64,000 nucleotides of DNA from Raja brachyura (lineage: Eukaryota), in NCBI GenBank assembly GCA_963514005.1, contig OY740818.1, positions 14,880,001 to 14,944,000 of the forward strand, given 5' to 3'. Made by a program: the position numbers and the translations under genes. How positions within the stretch are numbered: position 1 is the first letter of the stretch; each line of letters opens with the position of its first letter. The notes under the pieces were generated by a model that worked only from the letters and a program-made list of their open reading frames with translations, searched no databases and was not told where the DNA came from. Positions 11,337 to 24,600 of this stretch are shown here, in pieces.

Positions 11337-12464
11337 GCATCAAAATTTAATGTCCCGTTTACAACAGCACATTTTTTATATATATATATTTTTACAGCAG
11401 GCTGCAAAAGTCAGCATGGTAAACCGACCTAATAAATAGGAATGGGAAAATACAAAGGAAAAACGCCTTGGAAAGGAATTGTGCCTTTAATCCTGGATCA
11501 CTACTGCTCATCTGATTTGTAATGGACATGAAAACAGTAATATACTTCTCTCCTCAAAGATTGGCATCAAATCCTATCAAAGTCTTGCAATCACAAGGCT
11601 TACAATCAAAACACGAAGTTGTGGTTGAAGGATTGAATTAAGTCGTTCCTTTTTGCATTTGATATGTCTGGTTGGATAATGGTTGGTACTCCAATTATGA
11701 AACACATTGGAGCCATCATTGACTTTGAACAGGGCAGCAGTTTGAGAATGCCCGCTATCTACTCCCTTCTCTGATTAGTATCTAAAATCTGAAACAGAAA
11801 TACAGAAAATTTGCAAACATTTTAAAAATTCTCCCCCACCCCACCCTCCCCCCACCAAAGCCATTTCTGTACGTCAATTTTTTTTTAAAGAATCTGCAAG
11901 GGAGAAAAGTTTATTGAAATTAATCAAAGGTAAAGCATTCACAAGTGAATAGATAACTTATTTTCATTCACAAATCTATTCACATTTAAAGACCTAATTA
12001 ACAGAACCAAGAAAAGAAAGCTGTGTACAACATGAAATGATTACTATTGATGCATATAAAAATAATTTCCAGAAGTCAAACCATGTTAGCAAAGCCACAA
12101 ACTGAATTTTGTTCAATTTATTGACTTGAAATCTTGTGTATTTGGAGTTTTCCTTCCATACATCCACACAGTGCATTCCTGCCCACATCTCCTCACACAC
12201 AAGGGACACAGTAATACCAGTGTTGAAAAGATAGCTCTCATAGAAGATTCTAAATCATATACATTATACTGTACTATTAATTCCTTACATTACATTCAGT
12301 ATTAACAGGTTAGCCACACACCCATGTTGCTCCCATGACAGCTGTTGACAGACAAGACCCTTACTGACATCAAGCACTGGGCCTGCTGGGCTACCGCTGG
12401 GAAACATTTCCCTCAGAGTATACAGCTCCGTCCAACCCTCTCAATCCCACCCTGCTGCCCCAGA

Positions 12465-12605
12465 TTAGCTGAGCAGTTGTCGTATCTCCTTGTGCATATG
12501 GCATAGAAAGTCCACGTAAGAGGCTCCACCGTTTGAACTCTTGTCCTCCATAAGAAAATGCTTGAAGAGCACCTCCATCTTGTCTTCTTGCTTCACTATC
12601 AAGAG
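12465..12605 (-). CDS. SEC24C: SEC24C last coding exon
   Basis: [22 protein letters not shown]...[12 protein letters not shown]; 141 nt. Confidence 0.95.
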   Translation of the reverse strand, partial: LLIVKQEDKMEVLFKHFLMEDKSSNGGASYVDFLCHMHKEIRQLLS

Positions 12606-15600
12606 CTGCAAGCACAAGAGCATATTGTCCTTAACACAGTGCAACACATATCATTAAAACAAATGTATTAATTTAGAAGGATGGTCACTCTGTTGGAGAC
12701 CCACCACAAGTCTTGCACAAAGCTGGATCCCGCAAATAGTGAATTAAATAACTGTTTTATTTGTGCTGGATTATGAAAGGTTGGTCGGGGAATGGAAAAT
12801 CCCCTAATCCTCATCACAGAGTACAGGAACCACCAACATCCAGTGGGAAGGTTAACAGGCCTAAAGGACCCTGCACAACAAGATTAGGAACTAATCCCTT
12901 TCCCTGCATAATACATAATCTAATCTAAAAGCAACATGCTGGAGGAGTTTAGCGGGTCAGGCTGCATCTGTGGTAGGAAATGGAAAGATAATTATTTAGG
13001 TTGGGACCCTTTTCAAAGATTGAAGAGGGGAGATAATTGGTATAGAATATTGAGGGGAAGGGTTGGGGCAAGTGATAGATCCAGGTACGGAATGTGTAGG
13101 AAAGAACAGCCGATGCTGGTTTAAAATCGAAGGTAGACACAAAATGCTGGAGTAACTCAGCGGGACAGGCAGCATCTCTGGAGAGAAGGAATGGGTGATG
13201 TTTCGGGTCGGGACCCTTACTCCGAGGAAACGTCGCCCATTCCTTCTCTCCAGAGGTGCTGCCTGTCCCGCTGAGTTACTCCAGCATTTTGTGTCTACCT
13301 CCAGGTAAGGAATGGTTGGTTGACTGGCAGACGAGTTAGGCGGGAAAGAAAGGTTGGGGCGATAGTCACAAAAGCTGGAGGCACTCTGCATATCCACTCT
13401 GTATGTAGCGGAGGCTTTATCCTCCATCAGAAGGCAGATAACCCCATGTCAAAGTTACAAGCGCCTAACCATACAAGAGTTCTGGCAGCTTGAAGTTCAG
13501 AAAATGATGTGGCAAATGGAGAGGCTGGAGATGCAGCTGCCACCAGCATTTTCCAATTGTGACAAACCTTCCCTCCAGATTTTCAGTGATTAACATGGGA
13601 AGTTCCAAACATAAAACACCATCCAAATAACTAATATGGCCAGCTATGTATTGCTGAACTCGAGTGTTTTACCTTCATAAACCTGGGTCTCTGAGCACGA
13701 ATTGCATCAACCATGGAACGCAATTTTTTGGAGTACGGGTTATCCAACTGTGGCAGAGTGGCCTGAAAATGAAATACAAGTCAAACCAGATGGCTAGCAT
13801 TGCACAAAGGATAGGAAGCATAGTTATCAAAACTTAGCACTGAATGCACAATGAAGACATTTATGAACCGTAACAGTATCAAATGTCACTGCAAAACTGT
13901 AATGAGTTTTACTGTTTACGTATTTACTTTACTGCGAGCATTTTTAAAAATTGAGACACTAGTTTCTCATGAATGAAGATCAATAGAGCAAGATCCATTG
14001 GAATTATAATTGCAATTCTGTTGAGAAATTGGGACAATGTGAAGCAGTTTCAATCTCTGTTATATTCAGGGATCAATCCCGATGTAACAGCAACACAATT
14101 TATGGGGAGTTGGTGCAAAGTGCAGCTTATTCATGAATAACCTTGAATGGCTGATGTGGCTGCACAGTATTCTAACACAGAATGCATTCTCACAATCTGC
14201 AGCAAGTTAAATTAAAGCATGCTGCTCTGAAAAACTCAGGTACGCATGTATAAATTATACACCAGAAGGCCCATGCTTCAACAGTCAAAAGCACATTTGA
14301 TTGAAACCCAGAGCAACACCAAACATGTAGGATTTAATACAATACTTCTAACGTCCAAGAAGCAACTGGTCAGAATGGTGAACAAATTATTGTTCATTTT
14401 CAAGTCACGGTATGCACAGAAGCACACCTGTCATTCATGGTTACTTTTGATTTACAGCAGAAATGTTTTAGTGTTAATCAAGGCTCAGAGCTAAATATGA
14501 CAAAAGGAAGATTCGTGTTAATCTGAAACCCACCATTCCAGAGTCAATCTGGCCAAACGATTGCACATTAAAGATGCTCTGGATGAGGTCATGCTGTGTG
14601 CCCATTCCCACCCAGATGAAGAGGTTCAAACCATTCTCCAACAAATAGATGCCACCCTTTGATAGTCGTTCCTCTGAGCAACGAACGGCCACTGGAAAAT
14701 CATCACTATCAACATCCATTTTGTGCTAATGAGAGAGAAAAGAACTCAGTCACAATTGAACAATTTTAAGACAAAGCAAATTTTAAGACTACCCCGCTCC
14801 CATGTATTTTTCTCCCTTGGAATCTTTTTCAAAAGGAGAACCATACATTTGTAGACCCACAATATAGGTGACATATCTAAAAAGTGTTTCCGAAAGATAC
14901 CACAAAATGCTTTGGAGCCAAGTACTTTTGCTGCACTCACCGTTATGATGCAAGAAACATCACAACCATTTTGCACACAACAAAGTCACACATTAAGCAA
15001 TGCAGCAAATATTTAAATAATTTGATTTTAAAAAAATGCATCTGTTCAGAAAATATTAGCCAGAGAATTGAAGATAATCCTCTTCAAAAGAGAGTCAAAG
15101 TGACCTCTTGCTTCAGCATGGTGGATATAATTTGTTAAAATTGTGCTAATATTTCAGAACAGAAAGTTTAGGGGCGGCACAGCTGTACCTTACAGCGCCA
15201 GAGACCTGGGTTCAATCCTGATAAAGGGTGCTGTCTGTATGAAGTTCCCCTTGTGACCATTGTTGGTTTTCTCTCACACTCCAAAGACATGCAGGTTAAT
15301 AAGTTAATTCGTGCAAGTGTATGGTAGATGATCACTGGTCAGCATGAATTTAGTAGGCCGAAGGGCATGTTTCCAAAGTCTAAAGACTGATATCACATGT
15401 ATTACTTTAGGTATGCAGCTTAAAACTGGTTTTGCACTAACTGAATTTTAATTTGAATATATAGTTCTGAACAAATTTAAATTAAAGGAAATGTAAAATG
15501 CTGAAACTAGATAGGAGGGCAATGTGACAGGAAGAGCTTATAGAGGTGAACATGTTGATATAGTGTATTTAAATTTCCCAAAGACATTTGACCAGCTGCC

Positions 15601-18600
15601 ATACCAGGACGGAGCATAAAATGTAGGGCCATGGTATTTGCTGAAGTGTGTTAGCATAGATTGTAGAGCTAGCTCCCACATAGAACACAACATTTGTATT
15701 TCAAGTTGGAGGGAAGTAACTAGTGGAGTTCTTGGCCCTCTAGTTATATTCATGATCTGTAGAAGGGAACAAAATGTAGCATTCCTAAATTTGGCAATGA
15801 TATGGATGACAATAGATGGAAGGGCATGTTGTAATGAGTGCATGGTGATGTTGCAATGGCACAAAAGAGAGATTTGTTGAATGGTCAAAAATACTGGCAA
15901 ATGGAATTTAAAGTTAGGTAGTGCAAGTTCATTCACTTCTGGTAAGATAAATCAGAAGGCAGATTATCCAAATGGAGAGAGATTGCAAATGCGTTAGGTT
16001 TACAGGGATCTACGTGTTACAGTGCATGTTCAGAAGATTAGCAGGCAGGTCCAACAAGTACTTCATGTGGCAAACAGCAAGTTAGCCTTTATTACAAACG
16101 GAAGGAGGTTTTGTTACAGTTCCACAGTATGATGAAGGGGGCCACACCTGGAGTTATGTGGATCGTATGACTTTAAAAATACAGTAGCATTGGAGGCAGC
16201 CCAAAGGAATGTCATGAATTAATTCCTAAATTTGTCCTTTTCAGAGAGGATGGACAAGTTCAAGTTCAAGTGAGTTTATTGTCATGTGTCCCTGATAGGA
16301 CAATGAAATTCTTGCTTTGCTTCAGCACAGAACATAGTAGGCATTTACTACAAAACAGATCAGTGTGTCCATATATCATTATATAAATACATACACACAT
16401 GAATAAATAAAACTGATAAAGTGCAAATAACAGATGATGGGTTATTAATGATCAGAGTTTTGTCCGAGCCAGGTTTAATAGCCTGATGGCTGTGGGGAAG
16501 TAGCTATTCCTGAACCTGGTAGTTGCAGTCTTCAGGCTCCTGTATCTTCTACCTGAAGGTAGCAGGGAGATGAGTGTGTGGCCAGGATGGTGTGGGTTCT
16601 TGATGATGCTGCCAGCCTTTTTGAGGCAGCGACTGCGATAGTTAGATTTGTATACCCTGTAGATTAAAAGAATGAAGGGCGATCTTTTTTTAAACATGGA
16701 ATATCTTTATGAGGCTTGACAAGGTAGATGCTGAGATGTTTTCACTCATGGAAATATCAGGAACAATGGGATATAGCTACAAAATAAGAGGTCAATCATT
16801 TAAAACTGATGCAGACATTCTTTGTAACAAACCCATGGAATTCTCTACCCTTGAAGATGAAGATCAAATCATAAGAGTTATGTGAAAATAAATATTTGAA
16901 AGTTTGACGAATTGTGGGTCATTGGGAAATGGCACGGGGGAGGAGCAGAGGAGGCCAGCATAGATCAACCATGATCATAGGGGCAACGTAACAGAAAATT
17001 GAAGTAAACCTTGCAGCCAAAAGGGTATCGGCATTTCACTGCAGCACAAAACCATGGATTGTACATTAACAACATGAATTGTTACTTACCACAGGTAAAA
17101 CCCTAGGGTAGAAGAACACGTTGGTTTCAGATACATCCATACTTGCAATGAGGTGACGGATGTAGGCCCGATCGTCAGTAGAAACGTCAGCTCCGGGCTG
17201 TAGAATATCACTCTTCAATACACAGTTCAGGTACACAGGCAGTAGCTTCATGCACTCTGGTAGAATCAGCTAGGAAAAAGGTACAGCAAGAAATATATAG
17301 TTAATAGGCCAGGGGTGGACTCATTGGTTGTAATTGGGCTAATGAGCAGGTCAAGCAAAGATTCTACCTGGCCTGTCTGTGACTGCAGTTCCATAGCAAT
17401 GCGGTTGACTGCTAAACGTCCTCTGAAATGGTCTAATGAGCCACTCTATCAAGGGGCAATTTGAGATGGGCAGATCACTTATTAGTAATACTAATTTCCA
17501 AAACAAGAATTTTATAGAAAATTACAAACACTTTGGAGAACTGGCACTTGTTGCTTTACAGCTGAAAAAGTAAAGGGAATCTGAATGAGGTTTCATGTTT
17601 AGAATGTGGATACAAAGAAGTGCAGGTGCTGATTTAAAAAAAAAAAGACAAAGTGCTGGAGTAACTCAGTGGGTTAGGCAGCATCTCTGGAAAAAATGGA
17701 TAGTTTCATTTCAGGTTGGGGCCCTTCTTTAGAAGGTCTGAAGAAAGGTTCCAACCAGAAAAGTCACCTCATTCATGTTTTCCAGAGATGCTGCCTGGCC
17801 TGCTGAGTTACTCCAGTACTCTGTGTCTTTTCAGGTTTAAAATTACTATTTCTGACTGGGTAAGTTGTTAAACATCAGAAAGCTGGCGAGAGTACAAAAC
17901 AAATCATTGCACAATAGGGCTACTAAGATTTAAAAAAAACCCACGAGGGAATCCAGATAGGATCAATGATTTGATTGAATGCAAAGTCCTTCAACTCTGA
18001 GGCTCTATATTTTTCAACTGTTTTTTTTGATTGAGTTTCCAATTTTTCCTCACATCAAGAAATCCCTCTTTGCGTTGTAGCTGATGCCACACATCTGGTG
18101 TTGTTCTTTCCGTCCAGTGCCACCCTGAAATTTGCAGGGGCTTACTTAAGAAGTTCCAGTTAAGGTGCAGAGTACATGCTCCCATCCAGCCAAGAACAAA
18201 AAAATAGCATGCAATCCGTATTAATATACAGCTTCGACAAATTATGTTCTTCACAGAGGGAAATTACAGCAGGGGAATCATCTGGTGCAAATATTGAATT
18301 ACAAACATTTAGGTTAGTTTAGAGATACAGCATAGAAAAGGCCGCTCGGCCCACATTGACCACCGATCTCCCATTCAACTAATTCTCCTTTATGCCACTT
18401 TCTCATTCATTCCCTGCACATAATGGGCTTTTTTTTTTAAACTGGGGTCAATTGGCTTACAAAGCCACACATCTTTGGGAGGAAACCAGACCATCCAGCA
18501 GAAACCCAGAGGAAGAATGTGCAAACTCCACACAGACAGCACCAGAGATCAGGATCGAACCCAGGTCTTTGGTGGTGAGAGACATCCGTTCGACCGGCTG

Positions 18601-21600
18601 CATCACCCTAGAATAATCAGTTACTTGTAAAATACAAGGAACAAAAAAAATTAAACCAAGTGGCAAATGTGGAGAAAAGCACCAATGCAACATTGTTAAT
18701 GATAAATTCAAGATTTCATTAGAAATGCTCCAAAATGCCTGTACAATCACACTCATGCTATGTTCCTCTCTAAGTATAGGGTGTAATAATCACATAATAA
18801 TCTTGTTTGGTAGTCATGCAACAAAAATACAGGATTCCAATGTTTTAATCCCACCATGGAAAGATTAAGTGGGAATAATCAATCTTAAATGAAAGGCCAG
18901 TGCCAATAAGCACAAAACTACTGGATTGTCATAAAACCAGACGTGGTTCATTAATATCATTTACAGTTCAATATTTACTTATCCAAATAGTCCTGACAAG
19001 GCATTCAAGGGGAATTGAGGGGGTAATAAATGATGGTCTTGTCAACAACACTGACCATCGGTGAATAATAACCAAAGTAATTACAATCTACATTTGCAAA
19101 ATAAGACTCTTACCTGTCCGGCCGAAGATGGACTTGCACAATTCTTGCGGTAGCACGCCAAAATCTGAGCAGACTGGTTAATTAAGGACTCTCGTACAGT
19201 CTTTGTGGAGTTGTTCAAAACAGAGCGATAAGCTGCAAATAAGACATTTGAACTGTTAGATAAACTGCATGAACAACATGACAGTACATCGAGAATGGAG
19301 GGCTTCAAAGTAATATACGCTGTGCAGATCAATATCTTAACACAATTACTATTCTGACAGAAACAATCTGGAAAACTTCAAGTTTCCCTCAAGGGAACAT
19401 GGAAGATAAGTATCATCATAATTCATTGGGTTCACTAATCCTCCATGCTGTTAATATTCTAAAGTGTTGAGAAAACATGGGAGGAAAATTATTTTTATTT
19501 TCACATTTATGAAGATGATAAATAAAAGAACAAAGATTACCGGATCTTGGGATTTTTTTTCCCTTTTTTTTTCATGTGGCTAAATAAACTTTCCTAATTG
19601 CAGTGGAGAACTGAAATGCAAGGTTGTTTAAGAAAGAAAACAAATATGATGCCATCCATTTTGGCAGAAAATTAGAAAAATGTTTTCAGCATTTGAGGAG
19701 TTTAGCTATTCAGAGACCAGGGTATGGTTGTACATGAATCAATAGGAAAGCAATAAGGAAACTCCATCACAATTAGAAAAAACTGTAGGTTGTACTTTAA
19801 AACAATCAGATCAGAACACAGTAAATATGCCTTGGTGAGAGGGACAGACAGAGACCAAATATGGAATTGCATGTCTAGTCCAGGTCTTCCTACCCAAAGA
19901 TGAAATGTATTAGAGATATTGCAGTAATAGGATTGGTAGGATGGGATTGGTTTCTCCAAAGAGTGATTAAATAGACTTGACCTATAATCTGTGAGTTTGA
20001 GAAAAATGGTAGGTAATCATAATGAAGATGCAAGTTCACTTTAGGGCTTGAATATTCACACTTTCCCCTGGTTAGTGCTGGGGGGGTGGGGGTCACAAAA
20101 CAAGGGACCAATCAATCAGGACCTAAACGAGAAATGTCCAGTCAGATGCTGGGGAATCGTGTAGGAGGCTACAGATACATAGGTGAGTTTGGGTGTGTGA
20201 TTGCAAATTAAAGTGGCAGTCCTACAGACAGAATGCAAGTGTTCTTCACAACCAATCTGCCTTCGGCTTCCCCATCATAATGGAGATCACATTATGGGAA
20301 AGAGTATGAAGAACAGGTGTTGCGTTTCCTGTAGTTGTATCGGCAATGCCATAAGGCAGTAGCAGGTGGGGAGTGAAGAGTGGAACAAGGATCATGAAGG
20401 CATCTGGGAGAATGAAATGAACTCCTAGGGGGAGACAGGGTGGGAGGAAGATAACTGTGGGAGCCTGGACTATCTTATCATTCGGAACAGTTACAAATTG
20501 CTTTGGAAAAGGTGGAAATTAGCAGTGAAAAATGAGAGTTCTACTCCTGAAAACTTGCTTTTTTTCCTATTTTGCACCATTGTGAAAGATCCCGTATGTG
20601 AAACTTTTTTTTTGTCCATCCACAGATGCTACCTGGCATACCGATTGTTTCCAACACTGGTTTTATTTCTGATTTCCAATATTTTTTAAATCTTCCTTTA
20701 CTGAAGCCGAATGGTCTACTCTTATTATTATTTATTATGTTTAGCACTGTTAACATATAGCAAGGGAAGCTTCATCTGCTGCATTTAGCCTCAGTAACTT
20801 AGTGTCCAAACACATGCACATTAGTAGCAGACAAAAGGAAAGCTGCCTTCAGCACTGACAAATTAATTACAAAATACTTTAAATTTTAAAATGATTTATT
20901 GTTACACATACAATGTATTGCATGAATATACCGTTGGCCTTTGAAAATAATGTTTTCTCAATTCTTCCTGAAGCACTAAGAATCCTGCCTGATAACACAC
21001 ATACAACTGGAAACATCTTTACAGATAATTTCTCTGCACGAGCTTTGTTCAAGGAAACATGAGCTGGCAATAAAGGTAGCAAAGCGAAACCAACTAAATA
21101 GCAAGCATCAATTAGCCGGACAACAGTATTTTTTTAATCTAGCCAATAAATTACGTGAATCTCAAGGATTTTTCAGGATTCTCAACGAATCATTCATTTT
21201 AAAACTGCACATGAAATTAAATTTGAGGAATAGATGGGTTTTGCATGTAATGAACTTGGGGTAGCTGACAATTATTTGAAACCAGAATCCAGCCTTGGAT
21301 TTTGATGAATGGTTTCTATAGCCAACTGTGGTGTCACTTTTCTTTCACCACTCATCTTCTGTGGGTGTCAAATGGAGGTCGATTCCATGACACAGGGGCC
21401 TCTTTGGGTAATGCAGAGTGAGCATCACTCAGACATGCAGGTAATCAGTCAGTCTGGACAGAGTTTTAGAACCACGCAATCTTATAAAACCCATCTTCTC
21501 CTCATGCATGATGGATTTGCTTTGCTTACTGAATTGAGAACTGACATACCCTTTCCCTCAAAATAAAGTTACATCATTTTACAATGCAAGGTGAATAAAG

Positions 21601-24600
21601 TTGTGCTGAAGGCATCTCATTATTCAGCACATAAACACAATTTTGGAATAAAGCCAATTTAAGCAGCAGCCTTACCCAGTTTTACGAAGAAGTTGATAAG
21701 CGTGTCGGTCTCACAGTTTCTGTACAGGTCAGCAAGCTGAGTACAGCAATTAAGGGAAACGTTGTGTATGCGTAGCCTCCTCTGTCCACTGCAACTGGTG
21801 TAGAGCAAAGCACACTGCAGGGGAGAAAGGTGAGAAAAAATATTTAGCAAATGCATGAATATATATAAAGCTGCACAGAAACCAAAATTTACTTGAGGAA
21901 AAATCTGAGAAATGTAGCCATGTGGAGAACGCAAAAATAGACCAGCATTTTAAAAGCACCTTTTGCATCCCTTTTCAAACGTCCCAAAACACCTCACAGC
22001 CCAACACAATACTTACTAAAACCACAGCCACCTATTTTGTAATATAGTCAATTCACGTACAACAGCTTTGAGAAATGGCAACATAATAATCGTATGATCT
22101 GTTGTGGTGATGGGAGATATTGTGGCTGGGACACTTGGGCACCTTCCTGGTAACGCAGAATAGTGCCAGATCTTTATATATCCACTCGAGAGAGCAGGCA
22201 AGAGATCTCAACCAAAAAACACTATTTATCAATTCCTTCCCTACCACACAGTGGTGTCTGATCTGATTCTTTCCTCCAAGTGTCTGCAGTAACACTCGAA
22301 CCTACAAGCATTGATCGTGCTTTTCATGGAGCTTTAGCTTCCAAAGTAGTTGCAACTCAAATTGAATATGAATGCAAAACAGTGCATTGATTGGTATAAA
22401 AGTAGGAGCAAACCTAATAGTAACTTTCAAAAACAAAAGTCCAAATTAATAGGAGGCAGGGAAAATGTACAGAGGCATGCAAAGTGCTGTGGAGTGTTTC
22501 TAAAACTACTTTCTGAAAGGTAGAACACGCACAACAGATTTAAAAGCTGTCAAAGTGCTGGAGTAACTAAGGTCAGGCAGCATATCTCTGGAGAAAATGG
22601 TTTTCCAGAGATGTTGCTTGACCGATTTACACCACCACTTTGTGCTTTTTTTTTGTAAACCAGCAGCTGTTTCCTGCGTCGTAGGATTTCACTACTCAGA
22701 TGCTTTTAGTTTTAACTATGTCCATTAGCCTACTGGAATATTTAAATGGCCCCATGCTCAAGAAATGCAAGCGGCAAATTATCCACCGTTATACAATTGC
22801 AGGGCATATTTTACAAGTAGATCTCAATTGATCAAGGGTGAAGAATTCACATTAATACAAGTCAGCCTTTGTCTCTGTAAGACTGTCCTGAGCATTAAGT
22901 GCCAGGCCAGAGTCGTCTTGAGTACAAAGATCTACATTGACATTCCTGTGAACTAATGAAATCAGATAAAACGTTAAACCAAAGTCCAACTGCTCGCTCT
23001 CTCATGGAAGGACAAGCATTGCAGAGCTCTTTTAGGGGATCAAAGTGTCTCTGAAATTCCACTCAGCAATTCCTCAATCAACAACCTCTTCGTATTATCT
23101 GGTCCTCATCAAACTGCTGTGTCGAGATTCTAACTGCTTCTCACATTAGCTATTGCACTTCTTTTAAAGCATATTTAATCAACGATGCAAACAAAATAAT
23201 AAAACTGGGTTAATAACAAATGAAGTACACCACAGTACAATGTGATCAATTTGTAGAGTTCTCTGGTCAGAGTACTTAGTCCAGATCAGATTACACAGAT
23301 GCAGAGCTTATATTCATGTTCTGGTGGCAATTCACTGAGGCCCACAGTAGATATTAGAGAGCAGAGTTATAAGCAAACAACGCAAATTGTATTTTTATCC
23401 TGATAATGACTAGGATGCATAAATGAGGTAGTTAAATATCAATCACTAATAATGTGGTCAGTAGAAAGCTGTAGTGCCACGATTCTGAAGATGGAATATC
23501 AATAGTAGTGGACCCAGAGAACTAGGTACAGGAGAGGAGTGGCAAGCGGCATCACCAAATAAAATGATTCCAAATTCCCCTCATTTTTAAGCATTTATAA
23601 ATCTTCAAAAAAGCTACAAGTTTAAAATGAATTAGTCACAGCAATCATGCAAAATTTTCACCTGAATTTGAGCTCCACTATCTTCATTCAATTTATCATC
23701 ATGTTTGTACTCCACCATGACAGTTTTATCACAGTCTAATGCCGCCAACTCCACATCAGTTGTGTTACTCATGTAGAACGAGCCAAAGAAATCAGTTGCT
23801 CTAATCCCTGGAATCAAAGCAGTTTATTTTACTCCAGATGAAACACATAGAAATGAGCTTCAGTCTCCACTTATCCAACAATTAATCTTAAATGTTACAT
23901 CTGCAGGTTTTATTTTTTTTAAACTAGCACAATCCCACAATGCGTAGTGCAGCAGGAGTCAGGCATCAAACATAAATATCTCGTGCCTCAATGGGAATTC
24001 TTTACACAAGAGGGTTTCAGTTTCAACGATTACAAGGCATCCAAGTATTGCCAAAAGTCATAACACAAATCTACAATCAGGAAATAAATATTTAAGATGG
24101 TGTACATTCTTGAAATAAAGCTTAATTCTTTTTAAACAGCAGAGATTATGTTTTGGCTAATAGTTGAGTAAGATACAAATCAATTTTGTTATTTATCCAA
24201 CACAAATGCAGAATAAAACCATACAAATAATACAATGCGTTTCCACTATCAGCACTTTGCAGATTAGTTTCTGTTGATCAACATTTAATTTCAGATAATT
24301 CAACTTGCATTCAGCAACTTATGTTGCTATTTAATGCACCTATAAATTGGAAATGCATATCAGCTCAGCAACGTACATGCATGAAAGTCAGTGGCTGGGA
24401 AAGCTAACTCCTTGAGAAACATTTTTAAGTGCAAAAGGTGAAGGTTAATCACATAAGTATGGAGCTGTTGAATTTGTACTATGGACTATCATCTCCACAC
24501 AAGATAATTTCAAAACGTATACCAATTATAGTATATCAATTAACAAACCAACATACCTGTACTTGTGCGCACCCTCATCACAGCATCAAACCCAATCACT

